A stretch of 64,000 bases of DNA from Acidimicrobiales bacterium (GTDB taxonomy: Bacteria > Actinomycetota > Acidimicrobiia > Acidimicrobiales > RAAP-2). Below the pieces are notes generated by a model. It was not told the DNA's origin and searched no databases. It worked only from the letters and a program-made list of their open reading frames with translations. The stretch covers positions 17,809 to 81,808 of the forward strand of contig DASZJQ010000109.1 in the NCBI GenBank assembly GCA_035947875.1. The letters run 5' to 3'. This document shows positions 19,146-28,892 of this stretch, piece after piece (position 1 is the stretch's first letter; every line of letters starts with the position of its first letter). Position numbers and translations under genes: made by a program.

Positions 19146-20543
19146 ATGACGAACGATCCCACACCCCCCCAGCGCTCCAGCCCGACCCCCGACGGGGTCA
19201 TCGATGAGCGCGCCCCGACCGGCACCCGGACCGGCGATCGCTCGGTCAGGCCGGGCCGCTCGCTGAGGCGGGCCACGGCCCTCCAGGTCATGACGGCGGC
19301 GGGGAATGGGCTGGCCTACGTGGCACTGTCCCTGCGGGTCTACCAGGAGACCCATTCCACGCTGGCCGTCACGATGGTGCTCCTGGCCGGTGGCCTCCCC
19401 GTCGTCCTGCTGGCGCCGGTCTCGGGCCTCCTGCTCGATCGCCTGCCCATGGCCCGGGTGCTTTCTGTGGCCAGCTTGGTGGTGGCGGCGTCGTTGGGCG
19501 GCCTGGCCTATGCCCACTCGCTCAGCTCCACCATCATGTTGGTCCTCTGTTTCGGCATTGCCGACAGTGTGCTGCAGCCCGGCCTGACGGCCGCGATCCC
19601 CCAGTTGGCCGGCGAAGTGTCGTTGGTGCGCGCCACCAGCCGACTCCAGGGTGCCGCCATGGGAGGCACCGCCCTGGGGCCGTTGTTGGCCGGCGTGGTC
19701 GGCAGCATCGGAGGTACCTCGACCGCGCTCCTGCTCGATGCGGGAGCATCCGTTGTCTTCTCCATCGGTGTCCTCACGTTGGGCTTGCGACGTACCCAAT
19801 CGATCGCCCCGCACGGTGCCGACGACGGCATGGCCGCGGGCCTGCGCTATCTCCGGCGGGACCGCCCGATGGGTCTGCTGGTGCTGGTGGTCTCGACCAT
19901 GATCGGATTTTTGGGCGTGACCATGGTGGTCGAGCTCTTTCTGGCCGAAAAGGTGCTGCACGGTGGAACCACTGGGTACGCCCTGCTCATCACCGCCTGG
20001 ACGGGCGGCATGACATTGGGCACCGTGATCGCCGGGCGACTCTCGGCGCGAGCGCTCAGCCCGGCCATCGTGATCGGTCTGGTCGTCCTGGGCTTGGGCG
20101 TGTCCGCCGGCGCGCTGTCCCCGACCATGTGGATGGCCATTGCCGCCTATGGCATCGGTGGCATCGGCGACGGCGTCCAGATGGTGGGGGCCCGGACACT
20201 CCTCCTCCAGCGGGCGCCCGAGCACATCGCCGGCCGGGCCTGCGCCGTGTTCACCGCCATGACCATGGGGGCGGTGTCCATCGGAATGGCGGCGGCCGCA
20301 CCTCTGGTGGCGCTGTTCGGCGTCCGGGGCGCACTGCTGTGCGCCGGGGTGGCCAGCATCGTGGCCGCCCTGGTCGCGCTGGCCCTGGGCCTGCAGCACA
20401 TTCGAGGGGAGCTCATAGCCCAGACGCAGTCTGAGCCACGGCACTCGCCGATTGCGAGGCCGCTCCTCGTCTCGTCGGACGAGGAGTCAGATTCTTCGAC
20501 CCTGCTCAGGCAGAAGACTCTTGTCGACGGCATCATCGGATGA
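19146..20543 (+). CDS. MFS transporter (EntS/efflux-like)
   Basis: 465 aa, about 12 hydrophobic segments. Has the LLDRLP loop motif typical of MFS after TM2. Confidence 0.75.
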   Translation: MTNDPTPPQRSSPTPDGVIDERAPTGTRTGDRSVRPGRSLRRATALQVMTAAGNGLAYVALSLRVYQETHSTLAVTMVLLAGGLPVVLLAPVSGLLLDRLPMARVLSVASLVVAASLGGLAYAHSLSSTIMLVLCFGIADSVLQPGLTAAIPQLAGEVSLVRATSRLQGAAMGGTALGPLLAGVVGSIGGTSTALLLDAGASVVFSIGVLTLGLRRTQSIAPHGADDGMAAGLRYLRRDRPMGLLVLVVSTMIGFLGVTMVVELFLAEKVLHGGTTGYALLITAWTGGMTLGTVIAGRLSARALSPAIVIGLVVLGLGVSAGALSPTMWMAIAAYGIGGIGDGVQMVGARTLLLQRAPEHIAGRACAVFTAMTMGAVSIGMAAAAPLVALFGVRGALLCAGVASIVAALVALALGLQHIRGELIAQTQSEPRHSPIARPLLVSSDEESDSSTLLRQKTLVDGIIG

Positions 20544-20630
20544 GTCTGACCCTCGATTGGTCGACCGCTCCCGGCTCTGATCCGCCGTTCCGCCCCGGAG
20601 TTCGCGTTCCCGCCTACCATAAACGCAGCC

Positions 20631-21035
20631 ATGGCCGAGCACCCGAATGTGCAAAGAATCCGCGACTCGTACGCAGCCCTGGCCGCGGGCGATCTGACCG
20701 CGGCCTTGAAATACCTGGCGCCCGCAGGGGTCATCCATTTCAATCGACGGGGCCCGCTCGGCGGCGCCCCGATGGGGATCGACAACATCAAATCGGCCCT
20801 GGTGAGCGATTACCGGTTGACCGCCGGCACGCAGCGCTTCCACATCACAAGGATCTTCGCTGACGACCACCATGGTGTGGTTCTGCTCCGAGAGACGGCG
20901 AGTCGTCCCGATGGAGCCACACTCGACCTCGATTCGGTGCATCTCCTTGCCTTCGACAGCAATGGTCGGGTGCACGACCTCTGGGACATCTCGAGCGATC
21001 GTGAGGCTCAGGCTCGGTTCTTCGCTGGCCAATAG
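20631..21035 (+). CDS. NTF2-like (SnoaL-like) protein
   Basis: 134 aa. NVQRIRDSYAALAAGDLTAALKYLAPAGV is a SnoaL-type opening. Confidence 0.5.
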   Translation: MAEHPNVQRIRDSYAALAAGDLTAALKYLAPAGVIHFNRRGPLGGAPMGIDNIKSALVSDYRLTAGTQRFHITRIFADDHHGVVLLRETASRPDGATLDLDSVHLLAFDSNGRVHDLWDISSDREAQARFFAGQ

Positions 21036-21124
21036 CGATCCGGGCAAGTCGATGATGCCGGCTGACGGCGGTGTAGAGCGGTCAACGGAGCGATCACGAG
21101 CACTTTCGACGTGACCTCGAAGAG

Positions 21125-21484
21125 TCAGTTGACCTGTCTGCGTTTGCGTCGTGAGAGCACGACATCCAAATTGAACAACTCGGGGAAGGCATCCGTCACC
21201 CGCTCCAGAGAGTGGCGAACCCGTCGAGCGAGTGGTGTCCCCACAGGGAAGAACCACTCGTCGTCGGAGAGAAATCGGCCCATGCCGATCCCCGCCAAAG
21301 CGTCATTGAGGACTTCACGTGTTCTGCCCACTTCAGCCCGCGCGGCATCTGCTCGCGCCAGAGAAAGCTCAGATGGATACATTCTGGCAAATTCATCGGC
21401 GTGACCGAGAGCCTCGCGGGCAGTTCCCCAAGCGAGGTTGGCGACGATGGCTCGGCCCACATCCTCGTCCGCACCCGACAGCAC
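21125..21484 (-). CDS. Hypothetical helical protein
   Basis: 119-aa ORF with no family recognised. Lies in a patch that looks lower in GC. Coding status is supported only by length and the absence of a better competing frame. Confidence 0.35.
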   Translation of the reverse strand: MLSGADEDVGRAIVANLAWGTAREALGHADEFARMYPSELSLARADAARAEVGRTREVLNDALAGIGMGRFLSDDEWFFPVGTPLARRVRHSLERVTDAFPELFNLDVVLSRRKRRQVN

Positions 21485-21618
21485 ACTGAAATGTACGTCC
21501 GAACCAGCAAATCCGCACTGGAAAAATAGTGCTGCTATTGCACAAACGATGCGCTCGAGCGGATGCGCCAGGCGACGCTCGACCTCGAGTCAACCGGGCT
21601 GCAGGACACCGAAGCCGC

Positions 21619-22071
21619 TCAAGACGGATCGTAAAGCCCCACGTAGCACGCACCTGCGGTGTAGCCGGAGCTGAGACCCACGGACAGTTGCCACTTTTCG
21701 TGTCCCGCGATCTCCGCCGTGGAGACCTGCACGGAGTTCTTGTCAAAATGGGTTTGTTGAGCATCGAGGACGCCGACCTCCAGCGAGTACAGCCCGTTGC
21801 CATTGGGGTTAGGCGGGACCTTCCCAGCAGCGTCGAAGGTGCCCTTGGCGACCACCGATGACCCGTTCGAACTCAATTCGCACGTTGCGGGGACAACGTC
21901 CGGCAGCACGGTGTCACTGAACACGTTGAAAGGTAACGCAACGCCGGTCTGAACGATCGGAGGTGGAGCCGGCGTCGTCGGCGTCATCGTTCTCAACGCG
22001 ACGGCGCTGACGCCGCCGCCCAAGATGACAAGTGCGGCACAACCGACGAAAACCCTCGGCCATAGTGCCAA
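21619..22071 (-). CDS. Hypothetical membrane-anchored/secreted protein
   Basis: 150 aa. N-terminal hydrophobic anchor ALWPRVFVGCAALVILGGGVSAVAL, a Pro/Thr linker, then a beta-rich domain with two Cys (ATCELS, GACYVG). Confidence 0.45.
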   Translation of the reverse strand: MALWPRVFVGCAALVILGGGVSAVALRTMTPTTPAPPPIVQTGVALPFNVFSDTVLPDVVPATCELSSNGSSVVAKGTFDAAGKVPPNPNGNGLYSLEVGVLDAQQTHFDKNSVQVSTAEIAGHEKWQLSVGLSSGYTAGACYVGLYDPS

Positions 22072-22410
22072 GATCCAGCCCCTTCCATTCGCCGCCGCCT
22101 CGCCGTCACCCGGCAGAAACAGGGCGGTTGGGCGCCGGTCTCTGGATCAGGTTGCCGCACGGTCCGGGCACCACCACACCGTCTGCGAGCCCTGGCACCA
22201 ATTGAATACCCAGGTGTCACCGGGTCTAACACGAAATAAAGGCGGCCACCCGCCAGCTCGGGAGCGTGGCGAAACGGCACCTGCGACCTTTCCGGCACCC
22301 AGACTCGCTCAGGCCGGACCACACCACACCGGGTAAGCTGACGGGTAGTCAGATTCGTGTGCGACCGGGATTCCCTGGCGCCGCCTTCCGGCCCTGGAGG
22401 TCGTCCCAGC

Positions 22411-23592
22411 ATGGATTTTGAGTTCTCCGACGAACAGCTCGCGTTCGTCAAGGAGGTGGAGACGTTCCTCGACGCCAACGATGATCCCGAAGTCTTCGAC
22501 GTGACCCGGGAGAACATGGCGCAGATCGTCGACACCCCTAGGCGCCGGGCCTTCATGGCGTCATTGGGAGCTCAGGGATGGCTGGGTATGACCTGGCCGG
22601 CCGAGTACGGGGGTAAGGAGGGCGAAGGCGTCTACGAGTACCTCCTCAATGAGCAGCTGGCCGGTCGTGGCGGTCCGCAGATCGGCAAGGGCGTCGGCAT
22701 CATCGGCAAGACCATCATTCGACATGGCAACGAGCGCATGAAGGCCGAGTTCCTGCCGAAGATCCTGCGCAACGAGGTCGAGTTCGCCGTCGGGTACTCC
22801 GAGCCCAACGCGGGCTCGGACGCCGCCTCGATGCAACTCAAGGCGACCAAAGCCGACGGGGGCTGGATACTCAACGGCCAGAAGACCTGGACCACCTCGG
22901 CCCACTTCGCCGAGTGGTACTGGGTCGGGGCCCGCACCGATCCGACCGCGGCCAAACACGCCGGCATCACCCTGTTCCTCGTCCCCATCGATCAGCCCAG
23001 CATCACCGTCAACGCCATCTGGACCATGGGAGACGAGCGCACCAACGAGGTCTTTCTGAACGACGTCTTCGTGCCGGACGATTACGTGGTGGGAGAGCTG
23101 AACCGGGGCTTTCAGTACATCTCCGAAGCGTTGGACCTCGAGCGCTTCACCATGTTCACCTTCTCTCCCATCAACCAGCGCTTCGAGCTCTTGACCGAGT
23201 ACGTGCGCATGACGGTGCGTGACGGCGTGGCCCTGAAGGACGACCCGATCATCCGGCAACGACTGGCCCAGCTGGCGACCGAACTCGAGGTGGCACGGGT
23301 CATGGGCCTGAAATTCGTCTTCGAGTCGGGCAAGGGAGGCGCCGCCCCGACGACCGAGGCCTCCGAGTACAAGCTGTTCGCCACCGAGCTCTCCAAGCGC
23401 CTGGCCAATGCGGCCATGGACATCGCCGGTCCGGGAAGTCAGTTGCGGGTCAAGACGGAAGGGGGGCCGATGGCCGGGCGTTCCGAGTCCACCTACCGCT
23501 ACACGGTGATCGACACCATCGGCGGCGGGGCGTCGGAGATCCAGAAGAACATCATCGCCCGGCGCAAGCTCGGTCTTCCCAAGAATTTCTGA
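22411..23592 (+). CDS. Acyl-CoA dehydrogenase
   Basis: Internal ATG 22411 (MDFEFSDEQLAFVKEV). ACAD blocks FAVGYSEPNAGSDAAS, GQKTWTTSA and GGGASEIQKNIIA. Confidence 0.85.
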   Translation: MDFEFSDEQLAFVKEVETFLDANDDPEVFDVTRENMAQIVDTPRRRAFMASLGAQGWLGMTWPAEYGGKEGEGVYEYLLNEQLAGRGGPQIGKGVGIIGKTIIRHGNERMKAEFLPKILRNEVEFAVGYSEPNAGSDAASMQLKATKADGGWILNGQKTWTTSAHFAEWYWVGARTDPTAAKHAGITLFLVPIDQPSITVNAIWTMGDERTNEVFLNDVFVPDDYVVGELNRGFQYISEALDLERFTMFTFSPINQRFELLTEYVRMTVRDGVALKDDPIIRQRLAQLATELEVARVMGLKFVFESGKGGAAPTTEASEYKLFATELSKRLANAAMDIAGPGSQLRVKTEGGPMAGRSESTYRYTVIDTIGGGASEIQKNIIARRKLGLPKNF

Positions 23593-23596
23593 TTTC

Positions 23597-24778
23597 TTGG
23601 TCACGGCCACGTCACCCACCGGACCGCTGCAAGGGGTCACCGTCCTCGATTTTTCGTCGGTTGGACCGGCCGCCCGTTGCACGCGCCTGCTGGCCGACTA
23701 CGGCGCGCTGGTGATCAAGATGGGTGCGGTGCCCTCAACGGAGACCCCGAGCGATGATCCGTGGTTTTTCGCCTACAGCGGTCACCGCGGCATGCGCCGG
23801 GTCATGGTCGACCTGAAGGATGACGGCGGCCGGGACGCCTTTTTAGCCCTGGCCGACGACGCCGATGTGGTGATCGAGAGTTTCCGGCCCGGTGTGGTCG
23901 ATCGCCTGGGCATCGGGTACGGCGCGGTGAGCGCGCGCAATCCGGGCATCATCTACTGCTCGACCAGCGGCTACGGCCAGAACGGGCCGTACGCCAACCG
24001 GGCTGGCCACGACATCAACTACCTGGCCGTGGGCGGGTTCTTGGCCATGAGTACTCCGGGTGTCGATGGTGCACCACCCATCCCCGGCGCCACCATCGCC
24101 GACGCCGCCGCCGGAGGCATGCAGGCCGCCCTGGCCATCACGGCCGCGTTGGTACGTCGGTCCGCGTCCGGCGCCGGCACCTACCTCGACGTCTCGGTGG
24201 CCGAGGGTGTCCTCTCCCTCATGGCGCTCCCGATTGACGAGCACCTGGCTCTCGGCACCGCTCCGGAGCCGGGTCACGACGTTCTTTCTGGCCGCTTCGC
24301 CTGCTATGGCACGTACGAGACCCGCGACGGCAAATGGGTGGCCGTGGGCGCCATCGAGGCGAAGTTCTTTGCCAACCTCTGCCAGGCTCTCGGCTGCCCC
24401 GACCTGGCGGGGGATCAGTTGAACGACGCGGCCCAGCCCGCCATCCGGGCTGCCTTCGCCGCAGCCTTCGCCGCCCGGAACCGGGATGAGTGGATGGCCC
24501 TGCTCGGGGAGGCTGACGCCTGCGTCGCTCCCGTGCTCGACGTCGCCGACGTCGCCGACGACCCCCAGTTCGCCGCGCGCGGCGTGTTCACCCGGGCGAC
24601 CCACCCGACCAAGGGCTCCCTGCGCCAGCTGGCCCCGCTGCTCGCCGGCATGGATCGGCCCGAGGGAGCGGTGTCGCTGCCCGATCCGACCGAAACCCAG
24701 ACCGAGCACCTCTTGAAGGAGGCAGGCGTTCCGGTCGAGACCATCGCGCGCTGGATGTCCCACCGGGTCGTGGCATGA
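23597..24778 (+). CDS. Family III CoA-transferase (CaiB/BaiF / alpha-methylacyl-CoA racemase-like)
   Basis: 393 aa. GPLQGVTVLDFSSVGPAARCTRLLADYGA N-terminus and GHDINYLA block. TTG start as in the track. Confidence 0.8.
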   Translation: MVTATSPTGPLQGVTVLDFSSVGPAARCTRLLADYGALVIKMGAVPSTETPSDDPWFFAYSGHRGMRRVMVDLKDDGGRDAFLALADDADVVIESFRPGVVDRLGIGYGAVSARNPGIIYCSTSGYGQNGPYANRAGHDINYLAVGGFLAMSTPGVDGAPPIPGATIADAAAGGMQAALAITAALVRRSASGAGTYLDVSVAEGVLSLMALPIDEHLALGTAPEPGHDVLSGRFACYGTYETRDGKWVAVGAIEAKFFANLCQALGCPDLAGDQLNDAAQPAIRAAFAAAFAARNRDEWMALLGEADACVAPVLDVADVADDPQFAARGVFTRATHPTKGSLRQLAPLLAGMDRPEGAVSLPDPTETQTEHLLKEAGVPVETIARWMSHRVVA

Positions 24779-25305
24779 CCGACGCCGATCTGTTGGCGCG
24801 GGCGCTGGAGATGGTGGGGGTGGAGCAGTACCCCGAGATCAGCGAATTCCCGGTCGAGCGCGGGTATATCTGGACCACCTGCGCCTCGGTGGAGAACGGC
24901 AATCCGCTCTACTGGGACGACGAGGTGGCTCAGGCCCTGACGGGCGGGCCCATCGCCCCGCCCACCATGGTCTCGGTGTGGTTCCGCCCGCACAGTTGGG
25001 CTCCCGGGAGGACCGAGGTGGCACTGCCGCTGCAGGTGCACTTCGACCTCAAGGCACTCTTCGGCCTGCCCGAGGCTGTGATGAGCGACAACTCGATCGA
25101 ATTCCACACCCCGGTGCGCCTGGGCGATGTGCTGCACACCCATCAGGTCCTGCGGTCCATCAGCGACGACAAGACGACCAAGCTGGGCACCGGTCGGTTC
25201 TGGGTGATCGATGTGGTCTACGCCAATCAAGACGGAGACCTGGTGGCCGTCGAGTCCTACACCGGCTTCGGCTACCGCCGCACGACTGACGGATCGGGCC
25301 GCTGA
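24775..25305 (+). CDS. MaoC-N / FAS1-like hot-dog dehydratase subunit
   Basis: 176 aa. ERGYIWTTCASVENGNPLYWDDEVA resembles the N-terminal half of heteromeric MaoC-like hydratases. 4-nt overlap with the upstream gene. Confidence 0.6.
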   Translation: MTDADLLARALEMVGVEQYPEISEFPVERGYIWTTCASVENGNPLYWDDEVAQALTGGPIAPPTMVSVWFRPHSWAPGRTEVALPLQVHFDLKALFGLPEAVMSDNSIEFHTPVRLGDVLHTHQVLRSISDDKTTKLGTGRFWVIDVVYANQDGDLVAVESYTGFGYRRTTDGSGR

Positions 25306-25805
25306 TGGCGACCATCGCACCGACCCTTCTCTTCGACGATGTGCACCCGGGCGACACCCTGCCCGAACTCCGCTACGACGTCAGCGCCACCACCGTGGTG
25401 CTCGGCGCCCTGGCGGCGCGGGACTGGCGTCCCATGCACCACGATCACGATTTCGCCGTCAACCGCAACGGGACCCAGGACATCTTCTTGAACACGCCCA
25501 ACCAGGCAGCCTGGTTCGAGCGCTACCTCACCGACTGGACCGGCCCGTACGGACGATTGGGGCGGGTCACCTTCCGGATGTTGGGTTCGGTCTTCCCGGG
25601 GGACACTATGGCACTCAATGGCATCGTCGAGGGGACCGACGTCGACGCGTCCGGATGCGGTTTCGCCTCTGTGGCCGTGACCCTATCCGTCGACGGTGAC
25701 ACCAAGACGACGTGCGCCGCTCGCATCGCGCTGCCGCGTCGGACCGACGACAACCCGTGGGCCCGCCGCGGTGACCAGTGGCAGCCCTCGCCGGTCAGCG
25801 CGTGA
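25305..25805 (+). CDS. MaoC-like (R)-hydratase hot-dog subunit
   Basis: 166 aa. RDWRPMHHDHDFA hydratase-motif region. The start shares 1 nt with the preceding stop (TGATG). Confidence 0.65.
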   Translation: MATIAPTLLFDDVHPGDTLPELRYDVSATTVVLGALAARDWRPMHHDHDFAVNRNGTQDIFLNTPNQAAWFERYLTDWTGPYGRLGRVTFRMLGSVFPGDTMALNGIVEGTDVDASGCGFASVAVTLSVDGDTKTTCAARIALPRRTDDNPWARRGDQWQPSPVSA

Positions 25806-25845
25806 ACACCCATTCCGATCGATCGCCCATCCGGAGGTAGTTGGC

Positions 25846-26976
25846 ATGTTGGACCTTGACTTCAGTCCCGAGCAGGAGATGCTGCGCCAGACGACGCGCG
25901 ACGTGCTGCAGCGGCACTGCCCGCTCGACGTCGTCCGCGATATGGAGGACAACCCGACGGGCTACCCGCTCTCGTTGTGGACCCAGCTCGGAGAGCTCGA
26001 TCTCATCGGCCTGCTGCTCCCACCCGAACACGGCGGTTCGGGCATGACGCTGGTCGAAGGTGTCGCCCTGTACCAGGAGTTCGGACGCGCCCTGGCCCCG
26101 ATCCCGCACTTCGTCAGCGCCGTCCTCTCCGGTGGGGTGCTGACCCGGTCGGCCAGCCAAACACTGAAGACGCAATGGTTGGATGGCCTTGCCTCGGGGG
26201 AGGCCATCTTCACTCCGGCCTGGCTCGAACCGGAGAGCGGGTACTCACCTCGGGGTATCGAGGCCCGGGCCGAACCCGACGGCGAGGGCGGGTTCCGTCT
26301 GAGCGGGACGAAGCGGCACGTGGCCTTCGCCGCGGCAGCCGACCGGCTCGTGGTGCTGGCCCGCACGGGTGATGACGCCGAGGCCATCGACCTCTTCCTG
26401 GTCGATCCGACGGCCGTCGGGGTGACCCTGCGCCAGCAGTTCACCATCGCGTCGGACACGCAGTACGAGGTGACATTCGACGACGTCGCCCTCTCCGGCC
26501 CGGACCGGATCGGCGCCGCCGGCACAGGATGGGCCACGTGGCAGGACGTCCTCGAGCCCGCGCTGGTGCTTTTGGCCGCCCAGGCAGTGGGTGGCGCCCG
26601 CTACGCCCTGGAGATCACCACCCAGTACGCCAAGGACCGCCAACAATTCGACAAGCCGCTCGGCGCGTTCCAGGCCTTGGCCCACAACCTGGCCGATGCG
26701 GTGACCGCCCTGGACGGGGCCGAGCAGCTGGTGCACGAAGCGGCCTGGGCCGGAGCCAGCGGACGGTCGCTGCGTTCCCTGGCTCCGATGTCCAAGTTGT
26801 TCGCCTGCCGTACGTTCCGCGACATCACCGCCATGGCCCAGCAGATCTTCGGCGGTGTCGGCTTCACCCTCGACTTCGATATTCAGCTGTACTTCCGCCG
26901 GGCCAAGCAGCAGCAGGTGATGTGGTCGAACGACCGCTCCCTGGAGGACGCGGTAGCTGCCGCCCTGTTGGACTGA
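25846..26976 (+). CDS. Acyl-CoA dehydrogenase
   Basis: Internal ATG 25846 with GGAGG 8 nt upstream (MLDLDFSPEQEMLRQT). C-terminal ACAD block QIFGGVGFTLDFDIQLYFRRAK. Confidence 0.8.
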   Translation: MLDLDFSPEQEMLRQTTRDVLQRHCPLDVVRDMEDNPTGYPLSLWTQLGELDLIGLLLPPEHGGSGMTLVEGVALYQEFGRALAPIPHFVSAVLSGGVLTRSASQTLKTQWLDGLASGEAIFTPAWLEPESGYSPRGIEARAEPDGEGGFRLSGTKRHVAFAAAADRLVVLARTGDDAEAIDLFLVDPTAVGVTLRQQFTIASDTQYEVTFDDVALSGPDRIGAAGTGWATWQDVLEPALVLLAAQAVGGARYALEITTQYAKDRQQFDKPLGAFQALAHNLADAVTALDGAEQLVHEAAWAGASGRSLRSLAPMSKLFACRTFRDITAMAQQIFGGVGFTLDFDIQLYFRRAKQQQVMWSNDRSLEDAVAAALLD

Positions 26977-26993
26977 TCCGACCCGCGGGCACC

Positions 26994-28169
26994 ATGTCTG
27001 CCCCATCGACAACGCTCAGCGCGCAGGAGGCCAGGCGGGTCGCCCTCGTCGCCCAGGCCCTCTTGGGCCCCCGGCCGACCGGCGGCCCGGCGGCCACCGT
27101 GCGCCGGCTGGGCGCCGTCCAACTCGACACGATTTCCGTTCTGGCCCGGTCGCACGAGCTCGTCGCCTATGCCCGGCACGGCCCGATCGACCGAGATCGG
27201 ATCGAGGCGTCCTATTGGGGTCCCACGAGCACCACCTTCGAGTACTGGTCCCACGCCGCCTGCCTCTTGCCGCTCGAGGAGTGGCCCTCCTACGCCTTCA
27301 AGCGCCGGGCCCGCCGGGCCAAGGGGAGACGATGGCACTCCCTGCAAGACGAGACAAAGACCTGTGGCGAGGTCATGGCCCGCCTTCGCGCTGAGGGACC
27401 TCTCACGGCCAAGGAATTGGGCGGAGCCAAGAGGGGAGGCCCGTGGTGGGACTGGTCCGAAGTGAAGATCGCCGCGGAACGGTTGCTGGACGTCGGCGAC
27501 CTGGTCTGCCGCCAGCGCCGGGGGTTTCAGCGCGTCTACGACCTGGTCGAGCGGGCCATTCCCGACGAGATGCGACGGGACGAATTGAGCGACGAGGAAT
27601 GCGTCACCCGGCTGGTGCGTTCCGCTGGACGGTCGCTCGGCGTGGCCACCGTGGCCGATCTGGCCGTGTACCACGGGGTGCCGGCCAATCAGGTGCCTCG
27701 CGTGCTCGAGGCCGCCGGTCTCGTGCCGGTGCAGGTCGAGGGTTGGACGAAGCCGGCCTATGCCGATCCCGCCGCCCTGGAGGTGTTGGGTCGCCGACTG
27801 CGGGGTCGCCGCCTGTTGCTCTCCCCGTTCGATTCGCTGATCTGGGATCGGCCCCGTACCGAGCGTCTCTTCGGGTTCCGCCACCGGCTCGAGGCCTACA
27901 CACCCCGCGCCAAGCGACTCTTCGGGTACTTCGCCATGCCGGTCCTGGCCGGCACGAAGATGGTCGGTCTGGTCGATCCCGGTCGGGACGGGAAGACGTT
28001 GGTGGCCAAACAGGTCACGTTGACCTCGCGCGGTGCGACGCAGCACGTGGCTGCGGCATTGACAGAAGCGGCGACGTGGGTCGGCAGCGACAACATCGTG
28101 GTGGGGCGGGTCGAACCGCCGGGACAGAAGAGGATCCTGGAGAAGGCCCTGATCGCACGCGCGGGGTGA
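26994..28169 (+). CDS. YcaQ/AlkZ-family winged-helix protein (interstrand-crosslink DNA glycosylase family)
   Basis: Internal ATG 26994. LSAQEARRVALVAQAL, VRRLGAVQLDTISVLARSHELV and FEYWSHAACLLP are typical YcaQ (DUF1006) blocks. Confidence 0.7.
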   Translation: MSAPSTTLSAQEARRVALVAQALLGPRPTGGPAATVRRLGAVQLDTISVLARSHELVAYARHGPIDRDRIEASYWGPTSTTFEYWSHAACLLPLEEWPSYAFKRRARRAKGRRWHSLQDETKTCGEVMARLRAEGPLTAKELGGAKRGGPWWDWSEVKIAAERLLDVGDLVCRQRRGFQRVYDLVERAIPDEMRRDELSDEECVTRLVRSAGRSLGVATVADLAVYHGVPANQVPRVLEAAGLVPVQVEGWTKPAYADPAALEVLGRRLRGRRLLLSPFDSLIWDRPRTERLFGFRHRLEAYTPRAKRLFGYFAMPVLAGTKMVGLVDPGRDGKTLVAKQVTLTSRGATQHVAAALTEAATWVGSDNIVVGRVEPPGQKRILEKALIARAG

Positions 28170-28371
28170 CCGGGTCCCGCTCGCATCACGTGCAACCAGG
28201 GCCATGTGGCCGTGACCGATGGGCGGTCTTGTTTGCTGGGACCGAGTGCTCGGCCGGGACCCTCGCGGGGAATGCAGAAGATCCACCACTTTTCGCTATC
28301 ATCCGCTGGTTCGATGCACCTGCCCAATCGGCTGAATGAGTGAGGTCGAGCCCGCACGGAGGATGGAAGCA

Positions 28372-28878
28372 ATGACGAGCACGGAACTCCTGGTCGATGC
28401 CTTCGAGCGGATCCGCGATGCCGTGTACCCTGCGGTGAACGGGCTCTCGCGTGAGGAGCTGGCGTTTCGCCCCGAGGACAACTCGAACTCCATCGCCTGG
28501 TTGGTGTGGCACTTGACCCGGATCCAGGATGATCACGTCGCCGGGCTCGACGGCCGCGAACAGGTGTGGACGGCGAACGGCTGGGCCGACCGGTTCGCCC
28601 TGTCCCTCGAGGTATCAGATACCGGATATGGGCACGGCCCCGAGCATGTGGCGATGGTCACCGCTGAGGACCTCTCGCTGCTGGGCTACTTCGAGGACGT
28701 CCACGACAAGACGCTGGAGTACGTGCGCACCCTGGCCGACGAAGACCTGTCTCGAGTGGTGGATCGCACGTGGGATCCTCCCGTGACCGTGAGGGTGCGT
28801 CTGATGAGCGTGATCGCCGACGACCTGCAGCACGCGGGTCAGGCGGCGTACGTCCGGGGAATTCTCCAACAACGCTGA
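28372..28878 (+). CDS. DinB-family (mycothiol-transferase-like) protein
   Basis: MTSTELLVDAFERIRDAV..., NSIAWLVWHLTRIQDDH and DDLQHAGQAAYVRG give a His-containing four-helix DinB pattern. Alternative ATGs at 28336/28363. Confidence 0.7.
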   Translation: MTSTELLVDAFERIRDAVYPAVNGLSREELAFRPEDNSNSIAWLVWHLTRIQDDHVAGLDGREQVWTANGWADRFALSLEVSDTGYGHGPEHVAMVTAEDLSLLGYFEDVHDKTLEYVRTLADEDLSRVVDRTWDPPVTVRVRLMSVIADDLQHAGQAAYVRGILQQR

Positions 28879-28892
28879 AGGCCCAGGCCGGC

